Assembly (NCBI GenBank): GCA_031423875.1
Contig: JANPGI010000565.1
Location: 1-40,943, forward strand
Direction of reading: 5' to 3'
Source of the DNA: Verrucomicrobiota bacterium
Lineage (GTDB): Bacteria; Verrucomicrobiota; Verrucomicrobiia; Limisphaerales; JADLHS01
DNA: 40,943 bases
Position numbers and translations under genes: made by a program. Below are positions 18,795-28,455 of this stretch, one piece after another. Every line of letters begins with the position of its first letter. The stretch's first letter is position 1. The notes under the pieces were generated by a model, which did not search any database, was not told the origin of the DNA, and was given only the letters and a program-made list of their open reading frames with translations.

Positions 18795-18844
18795 ACGAGT
18801 AACTGAGAAGCGAACGCAAACCTCAACTACCGACATCACGCATC

Positions 18845-19207
18845 ATGAAAATCCAATTCCGAATTCGCGGCCTCAACGCCAATGCCAACCTGCGCGGCTG
18901 GTTGGAGAAACAACTCGAACGCTTGCGCAGCCTCATCCCCGTCTCCACCGCCGAAGTGGTGTTGGAACGGGAGCAGGACAGCGCGCCCGCCTTCCGCGCG
19001 CATGTGCATCTGGCCGTGCCCGGCCCGGACATTCATGCCGCCGCCCGCGACCACACGTTGGAAGCCGCTTGGCTGAAGGTGACCAATAACTTGCTCAAAC
19101 AAATCGAACGGCGCAAAACCCGGCAGCACCAAAAGCTGAAAAGCAACCGGCAGCGCCCGGTTATTGCAAGCCGCTGGTCAGGAGCGATGGCGGGTCAACG
19201 CGCGTAA
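18845..19207 (+). CDS. HPF/RaiA-family ribosome-associated protein
   Basis: MKIQFRIRGL, HLAVPGPDIHAAARDHTLEAAW..V...L.KQI.RRK. Confidence 0.8.
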   Translation: MKIQFRIRGLNANANLRGWLEKQLERLRSLIPVSTAEVVLEREQDSAPAFRAHVHLAVPGPDIHAAARDHTLEAAWLKVTNNLLKQIERRKTRQHQKLKSNRQRPVIASRWSGAMAGQRA

Positions 19208-19231
19208 GCCAGCAAATATTCAAAACGAACT

Positions 19232-20182
19232 ATGACTGAACAAGCTTGGCTCTGGCTCGGCTTCAACGTCTTCGTCCTCGCGATGCTGGCGCTGGACCTC
19301 GGCGTGTTCCACCGCAAGTCGCACGTCGTCTCGGTCCGCGAAGCCATGGCCTGGACGGTCGCGTGGATCACACTCGCGCTGCTGTTCAATCTCGGCGTGT
19401 GGCATTACTCGGGGGCGCAGAAGGCGCTGGAATTCACCACCGGCTATCTCATCGAGTATTCGTTGAGCGTGGACAACATCTTCGTCTTCGCGCTGCTGTT
19501 CTCTTATTTTGCCGTGCCGCCGAAGTTCCAGCACCGGGTGCTTTTCTGGGGCATCCTCGGCGCGCTGGTGTTGCGGGCCATCATGATCGGGGCGGGCACG
19601 GTGCTCATCGCGAAATTCGCGTGGATCATCTATGTGTTCGGCGCGTTCCTCATCCTCACCGGGATCAAGATGATCGTGAAACGCGAGGAGGAGATTCATC
19701 CCGAGCGCAACCCGGTCGTGAAGTGGTTCAAGAAGCTCATGCCGGTGACCAGCGACTATCGCGAGGACAAATTCTTCGTGCGCGAAAACGGCGTCCGCAT
19801 GGCCACGCCGCTGTTCTTGGTGCTGTTGCTGGTCGAAGTCTCCGACGTGATTTTCGCCGTGGACTCGATCCCGGCCATCTTCGCGGTCACGACCGATCCG
19901 TTCATCGTCTATACGTCGAACGTGTTCGCCATCCTCGGCCTGCGCTCGCTGTATTTCGCGCTGGCGGGGGTGATGGACAAATTCCATTACCTCAAGATCG
20001 GCCTGGGCGTGGTGCTGACATTCGTCGGCGTGAAGATGCTGCTGGCGCACACGGCTTGGAAGATTGACACGCTGGTGTCGCTGGGCGTGATCCTGTTCAC
20101 CCTGGCCATGTCGGTGGTGATGTCGCTGCTGCGCCCGAAGAAGAAGGTCATCCCTGCCGTGCCTCCCAAAGTGGTGAGTTGA
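19232..20182 (+). CDS. terC: TerC/Alx-family membrane protein
   Basis: LALDLGVFHRK, GYLIEYSLSVDNIFVF, QHRVLFWGILGA, DVIFAVDSIPAIFAVT.DPFIVYTSNVFAILGLRSLYF. Confidence 0.93.
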   Translation: MTEQAWLWLGFNVFVLAMLALDLGVFHRKSHVVSVREAMAWTVAWITLALLFNLGVWHYSGAQKALEFTTGYLIEYSLSVDNIFVFALLFSYFAVPPKFQHRVLFWGILGALVLRAIMIGAGTVLIAKFAWIIYVFGAFLILTGIKMIVKREEEIHPERNPVVKWFKKLMPVTSDYREDKFFVRENGVRMATPLFLVLLLVEVSDVIFAVDSIPAIFAVTTDPFIVYTSNVFAILGLRSLYFALAGVMDKFHYLKIGLGVVLTFVGVKMLLAHTAWKIDTLVSLGVILFTLAMSVVMSLLRPKKKVIPAVPPKVVS

Positions 20183-20184
20183 AC

Positions 20185-21393
20185 ATGGCCCAGCCCATAC
20201 ATCCCATGCAACAATTGATTGAAAGCGTCCGCCCTTCGCCGTCGGAGGCGCGGGCGGCGATCTCGCTCGGCATCATCGGCGGGGGGCAACTTGCTAAAAT
20301 GACCGCGCAGGCGGCGGCCCAATTTGGTTGCGAGGTGGTGATCTTGGAACGGCAGTCCGAGTTTCCTGCGGGCAGTCTCGCCACTCAAACACTCCTCGGC
20401 GACTGGGACGATCCGGATTCGTTGCTCGAACTCGCGTCGTTGGTGGATGTGGTCACATTGGAGAATGAATTCGTGGACGCCGCCGCGCTGGCCGTGCTGG
20501 AGCAGCGCGGCCACACGCTCTGGCCGTCGTCCGCCACGATGCGTCTCATCCAGGACAAACTTGTCCAAAAACAAACGCTCGCCAAAGCCGGTTTGCCCGT
20601 GCCCCGGATGCGCGCGGTGGAGCGGATTGAGGAAGTGGTGGCGACCGCGACCGAGTGGGGGCTTCCGCTCCTGCTCAAAGCCCGGCGCAACGCCTACGAC
20701 GGCAAGGGCAACGTGACCCTTCGTTCCATCGCAGAGATTGAAACGGCGTGGAATAAACTGGACGGCCACTACGGCAATCCGTTGTTTGCTGAAGATTTTT
20801 GTCCGTTCACCCAAGAGCTGGCCGTCATCGTCACTCGCGGTGTCAATGGCGATGTCGTGACCTATCCCGTGGTGGAAACCGTGCAGCGCGAGCATATCTG
20901 CCACCTCGTGAGCGCGCCTGCCTCGGTCGCGGAGGAAACTGCGCGGCGCGCGACCGACATCGCCCGGCGTGCAATCGAAGCGGTCGATGGTGTTGGCAGC
21001 TTCGGTGTCGAAATGTTCCTTATGCCCGGTGGCGAAATCGTCATCAACGAACTCGCGCCGCGCGTCCACAACTCGGGGCATTACACCATCGAAGCCTGCG
21101 CGTGTTCGCAGTTTGAAAATCACGTCCGCGCCGTGCTTGGCTGGCCGCTCGGTTCACCCGCGCTGCGCGCGCCTGCCGCCGTCATGGTCAACCTGCTGGC
21201 TAACGCCGATGGCCCAGGGACGCCGCAAGGTTTGGCGGGAGTCTTGCAAGTGCCCGGCGCGCACGTCCACATTTACGGCAAAGCCCGCAGCGGCAAAGGT
21301 CGCAAGATGGGCCATGTCACCGCGCTCGGCGCGACACCCGGAGAAGCGTTGGCCGTCGCCCAACGCGCCGCTGATTGCATTCGTTTCGGTTGA
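20185..21393 (+). CDS. purK: N5-carboxyaminoimidazole ribonucleotide synthase
   Basis: [54 protein letters not shown]....RKMGHV. Confidence 0.96.
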   Translation: MAQPIHPMQQLIESVRPSPSEARAAISLGIIGGGQLAKMTAQAAAQFGCEVVILERQSEFPAGSLATQTLLGDWDDPDSLLELASLVDVVTLENEFVDAAALAVLEQRGHTLWPSSATMRLIQDKLVQKQTLAKAGLPVPRMRAVERIEEVVATATEWGLPLLLKARRNAYDGKGNVTLRSIAEIETAWNKLDGHYGNPLFAEDFCPFTQELAVIVTRGVNGDVVTYPVVETVQREHICHLVSAPASVAEETARRATDIARRAIEAVDGVGSFGVEMFLMPGGEIVINELAPRVHNSGHYTIEACACSQFENHVRAVLGWPLGSPALRAPAAVMVNLLANADGPGTPQGLAGVLQVPGAHVHIYGKARSGKGRKMGHVTALGATPGEALAVAQRAADCIRFG

Positions 21394-21398
21394 GCCAA

Positions 21399-21950
21399 AT
21401 GAAATCCAAGATTCGCAATCCAAAATCAAAAGCGCCGGCCTGCCCGCCGCAGGTCGGCATCATCATGGGCAGCGATTCCGACTGGCCGACGATGAAGCTG
21501 GCCGCCGACGCCTGCACCGAGTTCGGCATTGCGTGTGACGTGCGCGTCGTCTCCGCGCACCGCACGCCGCTGGACATGGTGCGCTACGCGCGCACGGCGC
21601 ACACGCGCGGACTGCGCGTCATCATTGCGGGGGCGGGCGGCGCGGCGCACCTGCCCGGCATGGTCGCCAGCCTCACGCCGCTCCCCGTCATCGGCGTGCC
21701 GGTCGAAAGCAAATCACTGACGGGACTTGATTCGCTACTGTCCATCGTGCAGATGCCAGGAGGCGTGCCGGTCGCGACCGTCGCGATTGGCGGCGGACGG
21801 AACGCCGGATTGCTGGCGGTGCGGATTCTCGGCGCGAACGATCCTGCGTTGTGGCTGCGCATGGTCTCCTTTCAAACCCGCCTTGCGAAGGAATCACGCG
21901 CCAAGGATCGAAAGCTACGGGCCGAAGTCAGAACCCAATACCGATTTTGA
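21399..21950 (+). CDS. purE: N5-CAIR mutase
   Basis: [51 protein letters not shown]. Confidence 0.96.
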   Translation: MKSKIRNPKSKAPACPPQVGIIMGSDSDWPTMKLAADACTEFGIACDVRVVSAHRTPLDMVRYARTAHTRGLRVIIAGAGGAAHLPGMVASLTPLPVIGVPVESKSLTGLDSLLSIVQMPGGVPVATVAIGGGRNAGLLAVRILGANDPALWLRMVSFQTRLAKESRAKDRKLRAEVRTQYRF

Positions 21951-21952
21951 CC

Positions 21953-22933
21953 ATGGAAATCCTCGACGCCATCCGCGCCAACCTGCTGTCGCCCGCCGTG
22001 CTGTTCTTCGCGCTCGGCCTCATCGCCGCGCTGATGAAAAGCGACCTCAAGTTTCCCGAGCCGCTTTACGTGGCGCTGACGATTTACCTGCTCGTGGCCA
22101 TCGGCTTCAAAGGCGGCGTGGCCATCGCTGCGGCCGGCCTCGCCAAGGTCTGGTTGCCTGCGCTGGCGGCCTTGGCACTCGGTGCGTTGATTCCGCTGTG
22201 GACCTATCCGCTGCTGCGCTTCGGTGGAAAATTTTCCGCCGTGGACTCCGCCGCCATCGCGGCGCATTACGGCTCGGTCAGCGCGGTCACGTTCATCGCA
22301 GCGACCAATTATCTGAAAGCCGTCAACCAACCTTACGAGGACTACGCCACGGCATTTCTCGCCGTGATGGAATCGCCCGCCATCCTCGTGGGTGTGGTGC
22401 TGGGCAAACTGGCCACGAAGACGGAGGGCGGAGGTGCGGGCGTGTCGCTTAAGCAAGTGATGCACGAGGCGATCTTCGGTCGCAGCATCTTCCTGCTCGT
22501 CGGCGCGCTCGTCGTTGGCGCGCTGTGCGGCAAGCCTGGCATGGAAAAGGTGGAGGCGTTCTTCGTCACGCCATTTCAGGGCGTGCTCGCGCTCTTCCTG
22601 CTGGAAATGGGCATGGTCGCCGGGCGGCGGCTGGAGGATCTGAAAAAGGTCGGGCTGTTCCTGCTCGGCTTCGGAGTGCTTGTGCCGTTGGTCAATGGCG
22701 CGCTCGGGGTTTATCTCGGCAAGTTCGTCGGGCTTGAACTCGGCGGGGCGACGTTGCTCGGCGTTTTGGCCGCGAGCGCGTCTTACATTGCCGCTCCGGT
22801 CGCCATCCGCATCTCACTGCCCGAGGCGAATCCGACGCTTTACCTCACGGCTTCACTCGCCATCACGTTCCCGTTCAACATCACGCTGGGCATCCCGATT
22901 TATCTGGAGATCGCCCGCCATCTCTACTCTTGA
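21953..22933 (+). CDS. sbtA: Sodium-dependent bicarbonate transporter, SbtA/DUF897 family
   Basis: NLLSP..LFF.LG, KSDL..P, YLL.AIGFKGG, AAHYGSVSAVTF, MESPAI, FLLEMG, SASYIAAP, TFPFNI.LGIP. Confidence 0.92.
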   Translation: MEILDAIRANLLSPAVLFFALGLIAALMKSDLKFPEPLYVALTIYLLVAIGFKGGVAIAAAGLAKVWLPALAALALGALIPLWTYPLLRFGGKFSAVDSAAIAAHYGSVSAVTFIAATNYLKAVNQPYEDYATAFLAVMESPAILVGVVLGKLATKTEGGGAGVSLKQVMHEAIFGRSIFLLVGALVVGALCGKPGMEKVEAFFVTPFQGVLALFLLEMGMVAGRRLEDLKKVGLFLLGFGVLVPLVNGALGVYLGKFVGLELGGATLLGVLAASASYIAAPVAIRISLPEANPTLYLTASLAITFPFNITLGIPIYLEIARHLYS

Positions 22934-22937
22934 AACC

Positions 22938-23240
22938 ATGAACACACACCCGATGAAACTGGTCACCATTGTCTGCGAAACCCACGCGCGGGACGCGGTA
23001 ACGAAACTTCTCCGCGAAGTTGGGGCGCATGGCCACACACTCTTCGCGGTGGAAGGCGACGGTTCGCAGGGCAAACGTCCGGGGGACATCCCCGAGTTTG
23101 CGAACATCCAGATCGAAGTCGTCGTGTCACCGGCAGTCGCAGACACTTTGCTAACGCGGCTGGAAAAGGAATTCTTTCCCCGCTATGCGATGATCGCTTT
23201 CGAGTGCGAGGTGCGGGTGTTGCGAAAGGAAAAATTCTAA
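22938..23240 (+). CDS. sbtB: PII-like protein (SbtB type)
   Basis: KLVTIVCE, GA.G.T...V.G.GS.G.R, NI.IEVVV, EV.VLR.EKF; directly after sbtA. Confidence 0.82.
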   Translation: MNTHPMKLVTIVCETHARDAVTKLLREVGAHGHTLFAVEGDGSQGKRPGDIPEFANIQIEVVVSPAVADTLLTRLEKEFFPRYAMIAFECEVRVLRKEKF

Positions 23241-23435
23241 CCGGACTTCGTACGATGCTTCGTTTCCGTAGATTGTTCGGCCTCCATTGGCTTGGTAATG
23301 TTCGCCGAGCCTGATAAGCATTTGGTCCGAATTGAAAACCGTTTTGCCCCACGGTGGCCTCGTTGACCCGCGCGAGCCGCTCCGCGACGAAGAGCCGTTG
23401 GGCTACCACACAATTCCTGAACAGAAATTTGCCAC

Positions 23436-24434
23436 ATGAACACAGTTGCCTTCTACGACACCAAACCTTACGACCGCGAATACTTCGAGCGCGCCGCCGA
23501 TGCCGAACAGTTACGTTGCCAGTTCCACGAATTCCGCCTCACCACGGAAACCGCCGCCAGTGTGAATGGCGCGCAGGCCGTCTGTGTGTTCGTCAACGAC
23601 CGGCTCGACGCCGCGTGCCTGAAGCAACTTCACGATGCTGGCGTCCGGCTCGTGGCGTTGCGCTGTGCCGGGTTCAATAATGTTGATCTCGCGGCGGCCA
23701 AGTCGCTTGGCGTCGCCGTCATCCGCGTGCCGGCGTATTCGCCGCACGCCGTGGCCGAGCACGCCATCGCGCTCCTGCTCGCGCTCAATCGTAAGATCCA
23801 CCGCGCTTACAATCGGGTGCGCGAACACAACTTTTCCTTGAGCGGTCTGGTTGGTTTCGATCTGCACGGCAAAACGGTCGGCGTAGTCGGCACGGGCAAG
23901 ATCGGCAAGATCGCGGCGCAGATTTTTCGCGGGTTCGGCACAGACGTGCTGGCCTACGATCCGTATCCCGCGACCGAATGGGCGGCGGCACTAAGCGTTC
24001 GCTACACCGATTTTGAAACATTGCTCGCCGCGAGCGACATCGTTTCACTGCACCTGCCGCTCACGCCGCAAACCCGCCATCTGCTCAATGCAGAAAACTT
24101 TGCGCGCATGAAGCCCGGCGCGTTCCTCGTCAACACGAGTCGCGGCAAACTGGTGGATACCACCGCGCTCATCGAGGCGCTCAAGAGCGGGCGGATCGGC
24201 GGAGTGGCGCTTGATGTTTATGAGGAAGAGGAAGGCGTCTTTTTCGAAGATCATTCCGGCGAGATATTGCAGGACGACGAATTGTCGCGCCTACTGACTT
24301 TCCCCAACGTGCTCATCACCGCCCATCAAGCGTTCCTCACGCACGAGGCGTTGAGCGAAATCGCGCGTGTGACTACGGAGAATCTGTTGCGCTCAGGCAC
24401 TGAAGACTATCTACCCGGCACCCGCCTTGCCTGA
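23436..24434 (+). CDS. ldhA: D-lactate / D-2-hydroxyacid dehydrogenase
   Basis: VCVFVND, ALRCAGFNNVD, VPAYSPHAVAEH, GTGKIG, NTSRG, LDVYEEE, FPNVLITAHQAFLT. Confidence 0.93.
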   Translation: MNTVAFYDTKPYDREYFERAADAEQLRCQFHEFRLTTETAASVNGAQAVCVFVNDRLDAACLKQLHDAGVRLVALRCAGFNNVDLAAAKSLGVAVIRVPAYSPHAVAEHAIALLLALNRKIHRAYNRVREHNFSLSGLVGFDLHGKTVGVVGTGKIGKIAAQIFRGFGTDVLAYDPYPATEWAAALSVRYTDFETLLAASDIVSLHLPLTPQTRHLLNAENFARMKPGAFLVNTSRGKLVDTTALIEALKSGRIGGVALDVYEEEEGVFFEDHSGEILQDDELSRLLTFPNVLITAHQAFLTHEALSEIARVTTENLLRSGTEDYLPGTRLA

Positions 24435-24485
24435 GAAACCGGCTGGCAGCCGAGCGAGTTCATCTGGACGTTGGCGACTTGTCGG

Positions 24486-24532
24486 ATGGGGTCAACACCC
24501 CATAGTGCCTATACTATTTTTCTGCTTACTTT
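24486..24532 (+). promoter_or_regulatory. Regulon box, perfect arms ATGGGGT-CAAC-ACCCCAT (24486-24503), plus -10-like TACTTT 24527-24532
   Basis: Exact 12-mer 24494-24505. Confidence 0.8.
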
Positions 24533-24540
24533 GTCAGGCT

Positions 24541-27500
24541 ATGACAGAGTACCAAATCCTTCGGGCGTGCGAATCAATCCGCGCTTCACTTCGATCCCAA
24601 ACAACGCGCATCCTTCGCGCTCTCGTTTCCAAAACAATGGTCGCAACCAGTGTGCTGGCCATGGCAATGACATTCCATTCCGCTGCGGCCACACTGCCGA
24701 GTGGCTTTACCGAATCTGTGGTGGCCACCGGACTCTCCAGTCCCACGGCGATGGAATTCGCGCCTGATGGTCGCTTGTTTGTGTGTCAGCAAGGCGGTCA
24801 GTTGCGAGTCATCAAGAATGGTGTTCTGCTCGCCGCGCCATTTCTCACCGTGACGGTGAGCGCAGGCGGTGAACGGGGATTGCTGGGCATTGCGTTCGAT
24901 CCGAACTTCGCGGTGAACCAGTATGTTTATATCTACTACACGGCCACGACACCCTCGATTCACAACCGAGTCAGCCGTTTCACAGCCAATGGCGACACAG
25001 TGGTCGCAGGCAGCGAGGTCGTCATTCTGGATTTGAACACACTCGGCGGCGCGCAAAACCATAACGGTGGTGCGATCCATTTCGGCGGCGATGGCAAGCT
25101 CTACATCGCTGCGGGTGAAAACGCCACCGCGAGCAACTCACAGTCACTCAGCACTCTGCTCGGCAAAATGCTGAGAGTGAACTCCGACGGCTCGATCCCG
25201 ACGGATAATCCGTTTTACAATACAGCCTCCGGCGCGAACCGGGCGATCTGGGCCATGGGCTTGCGCAATCCATTCACCTTCGCCGTACAACCCGGCACAG
25301 GCCGCATCTTCATCAATGATGTCGGGCAGGACACTTGGGAGGAAATCAATGAAGCAGTCGCCGGTGCGAATTACGGCTGGCCCAATTGCGAAGGCTTTTG
25401 CAGTCCGGCTAACGGCAGCTATCGCGATCCCATCTTTCGCTATCCCCACGGAACGGCCAGCACCTCGGGCAACTGCATAGCTGGCGGCACTTTCTACAAT
25501 CTGGCGACCGCCCAGTTCCCCGCAGCGTATTCGGGAGTGTACTTTTTTGCGGACTACGAAAGCGGTTGGATTCGGAAATTAGACCCGGCCAACGGCAATC
25601 AAGTGACGGCGTTCGCCACGGGCATCAATACGCCTGTGGACGTGAAGGTCAGTGCGGATGGTCGCCTCTACTATTTGGCGATGGGTAGCGGCGCGGTCTA
25701 TGCCATCAGTGCTACCGGCAGTCAGTCGCCCCAAATCACACAGCAGCCTGTGAATCGAACCGTGGCAGCGGGACAATCGGCGACGTTCACCGTGACCGCC
25801 TCCGGCACTTCACCGTTGAGCTATCGGTGGCAACGCAGCAACACCAACATCCCCAACGCCACAACAAGTTCTTACACGCTGACGTCCGTCACTGCTGCGG
25901 ATAACGGCATCGCCTTCCGCTGTGTAGTCACCAATGCTTATGGCGCGATCACCAGCAGTCCTGCCTATGTGTATGTTTCTAATAACAACCCGCCGCTCGG
26001 TACGATTGCATTTCCCACCAACGGCACTTTGTTCAGCGCGGGCAATACCATCTCATTTTCTGGCACGGCCACGGATACCGAGGATGGCAACTTGTCCGCC
26101 GCCGCGTTTAGTTGGACGATTGTTTTTCACCATGACATCCACACGCATCCCTTCGCAGGACCGTTCAACGGCGTAACGACCGGCTCTTTTGTCATTCCGA
26201 CACAAGGCGAGACAGCAGCCAATGTCTGGTATCGCATCAACCTAACCGTCACCGATTCGGCGGGACAGACGCACACCAGTTTTCGAGACGTGACGCCGCG
26301 CACCGTGAACTTGTCTCTGGCTACCAGCCCACCGGGTTTGCAGGCAACACTGGATGGCCAGCCCATAACGACGCCGGTTTCAATAACCAGCGTGGTCGGG
26401 ATGCAACGCACGCTGGGCGTCGTTTCACCGCAGACATTCGGCGGCACGACGTATCAATTTGTTTCCTGGTCGGACGGCGGCGCTGCGTCACATGTCATCA
26501 ACTCACCGGCATCAGCCACGACTTACACCGCCACCTATCAACCAGTCGCACAAGGAATGGTGCATTATGATTTCACTTACGCGAACCGAGCCAGCCTGCT
26601 GGCGGGCGGTTGGGATTTCCTGGCGCGGACGGCAGCCGGTGCGGCACGTAACACGGAGCAAACCATCGGCAATGTGGTGAACTTCGATCAAGCAGCGCAT
26701 CCGGGAGTACTGAGAATTCCCACAGACACGGGAGACTTATGGAGAGCGTCGAATGATTCGCGCAACAGTTTGTTCCGTACTCTGCCCGCCAATTGGACGA
26801 GCATCCGGCTGAAGTTGTCGTTTGCGCCCACGCAGAATTACCAGCAGGCAAGCATCGTGGCGTATCAGGACGATGACAACTATGTGCAGGTGACACGGGA
26901 ATTTAACGACGGGAACAAGATGGCTATCATACGGGAAACCGGTGGCTCACCCGCCATGCTTCAATACGTCAATGTCACGGCGACCGCTAATCTGTATCTG
27001 CGTCTGGATCGGGACGCGACAACAGAAAGGCTCACTGGCTATTACTCGCTGGACGGTGCGAACTGGACGGCACTGGGGAGCGGCGTTATTCAACCGCTGA
27101 ACAATCCACGACTCGCCATTTTTGTAGGTGCTTCACCCGGCGGTTTTCCGAATGCGGATATCCTCTGGGCGGAAGTTTTTTCTCCAGCGCCGTCGGGGCC
27201 GATGCTGACCGTGTCGCCAGCCAATTTCACTTTCTCAGTCACAGAAGGAAGTAGTCCGGCAAGCCAGTCGCTTGGGATAATAAACAGCGGAGGCGGAACG
27301 TTGAACTGGACGGCCGTGGCCGATGGAAGCGTACCCGCGTGGCTGACGGTGAGTCCGGTGAACGGGACGGGCAACGGAGCCGTGACTGTTTTAGTGGATA
27401 GCACAAGTCTCCCGCCGGGTGTTTACAGCAAGAGCATCACAGTGACGGCGACTGGAGCGACCAACAGTCCTCAGACAGTGACTGTGAACCTGACGGTCAA

Positions 27501-28410
27501 CACAGTCCCCAGCAGCGGAGGCGGCCACTTTGATTTTAATTACGCGAACCGTGCGAGCTTGCTTGCGGGCGGCTGGGATTTTCTGGCGCGGACAGCAGCC
27601 GGAGCAACGCGCAATACAGAGCAAACAACCGGAGCCGTGGCGAACTATGATCAAGCGGCGCATCCGGGTGTGTTGAGGATTCCGACCGATGTCGGTGACT
27701 TGTGGGGGACGGCGAACAATTCGCGCAACAGTCTTTTCCGAAATCTGCCAGCCAACTGGACAAGTCTCCGGCTGAAATTCTCATTTGCGCCTACGCAGAA
27801 TTATCAGCAAGTAGGACTGGTGGCTTATCAGGATGATAACACCTATGTGCAAGTGACGCGGATATACAACGGTGGAGACAAGGTCAGTTTCGTGCGGGAA
27901 AGCGGCGGATCGCCTGCCGTTCTACAGTCCGCCAACGTCACGGCCACCGCGAATCTGCATTTGCGCATCGATCGGGACGTGACGACGGAAAGGATCATTG
28001 GATATCACTCGCTTGATGGCGTGAGTTGGACTGGGCTGGGGAGTGGCGTCATCCAAGCCTTGAACAATCCCCGGTTGGCGATCTTTACAGGTGCTTCATC
28101 CGGCGGTTTTCCGAACGCAGATTTAGCTTGGGCGGAAGTTTTGACGTCGCAGACAGCAGTGGCCAGCGCAACTTCGGAATCAGCGGGCAGCCCTTTGACC
28201 GTCATCATCGCCCCTGGCATCGTCAACGATAAATTTGGGTTTGGTTTTATGACCCAATCCACCGCAAACTATCTGATCGAATACAAAAACGACTTGAGTG
28301 ACCCATCCTGGCAAACGCTGACAAATGTTCTCGGCACAGGTTCAGTTGTAGACTTTGTGGATCCATCCGAACTGAGCACCAGTCGGTTTTACAGGGTGCG
28401 CATTCCGTGA
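24541..28410 (+). CDS. Secreted PQQ-dependent sugar dehydrogenase-like (GSDH) protein with Ig-like, duplicated lectin/beta-sandwich-like and BACON-like domains
   Basis: GERGLLGIAFDPNF, HNGG.I.FG.DGKLY, GLRNPF, DVGQ..WEEIN; I-set repeat; 205-aa duplication; start uncertain (24541 or later; 24427 overlaps the promoter). Confidence 0.85.
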   Translation: MTEYQILRACESIRASLRSQTTRILRALVSKTMVATSVLAMAMTFHSAAATLPSGFTESVVATGLSSPTAMEFAPDGRLFVCQQGGQLRVIKNGVLLAAPFLTVTVSAGGERGLLGIAFDPNFAVNQYVYIYYTATTPSIHNRVSRFTANGDTVVAGSEVVILDLNTLGGAQNHNGGAIHFGGDGKLYIAAGENATASNSQSLSTLLGKMLRVNSDGSIPTDNPFYNTASGANRAIWAMGLRNPFTFAVQPGTGRIFINDVGQDTWEEINEAVAGANYGWPNCEGFCSPANGSYRDPIFRYPHGTASTSGNCIAGGTFYNLATAQFPAAYSGVYFFADYESGWIRKLDPANGNQVTAFATGINTPVDVKVSADGRLYYLAMGSGAVYAISATGSQSPQITQQPVNRTVAAGQSATFTVTASGTSPLSYRWQRSNTNIPNATTSSYTLTSVTAADNGIAFRCVVTNAYGAITSSPAYVYVSNNNPPLGTIAFPTNGTLFSAGNTISFSGTATDTEDGNLSAAAFSWTIVFHHDIHTHPFAGPFNGVTTGSFVIPTQGETAANVWYRINLTVTDSAGQTHTSFRDVTPRTVNLSLATSPPGLQATLDGQPITTPVSITSVVGMQRTLGVVSPQTFGGTTYQFVSWSDGGAASHVINSPASATTYTATYQPVAQGMVHYDFTYANRASLLAGGWDFLARTAAGAARNTEQTIGNVVNFDQAAHPGVLRIPTDTGDLWRASNDSRNSLFRTLPANWTSIRLKLSFAPTQNYQQASIVAYQDDDNYVQVTREFNDGNKMAIIRETGGSPAMLQYVNVTATANLYLRLDRDATTERLTGYYSLDGANWTALGSGVIQPLNNPRLAIFVGASPGGFPNADILWAEVFSPAPSGPMLTVSPANFTFSVTEGSSPASQSLGIINSGGGTLNWTAVADGSVPAWLTVSPVNGTGNGAVTVLVDSTSLPPGVYSKSITVTATGATNSPQTVTVNLTVNTVPSSGGGHFDFNYANRASLLAGGWDFLARTAAGATRNTEQTTGAVANYDQAAHPGVLRIPTDVGDLWGTANNSRNSLFRNLPANWTSLRLKFSFAPTQNYQQVGLVAYQDDNTYVQVTRIYNGGDKVSFVRESGGSPAVLQSANVTATANLHLRIDRDVTTERIIGYHSLDGVSWTGLGSGVIQALNNPRLAIFTGASSGGFPNADLAWAEVLTSQTAVASATSESAGSPLTVIIAPGIVNDKFGFGFMTQSTANYLIEYKNDLSDPSWQTLTNVLGTGSVVDFVDPSELSTSRFYRVRIP
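26563..28140 (+). repeat. Intragenic duplication of 615 nt (26563-27177 and 27526-28140)
   Basis: Both encode H.DF.YANRASLLAGGWDFLARTAAGA...GGFPNAD..WAEV. Confidence 0.9.
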
Positions 28411-28455
28411 GCAGGTCTGAATGAAACATCGCAGTCATCTACGAAATCAAACAGC

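Noticed and set aside
21953-23240. sbtAB as evidence of autotrophy or a carboxysome CCM
   Set aside because: No Rubisco, shell or carbonic anhydrase genes in the window; SbtA homologues also occur in heterotrophs
24427-24540. ORF-track N-terminal extensions (also 37952-38041, 40438-40701, 21851-21952, 22680-22937)
   Set aside because: They run through promoter boxes or upstream genes; downstream ATGs fit domain starts better
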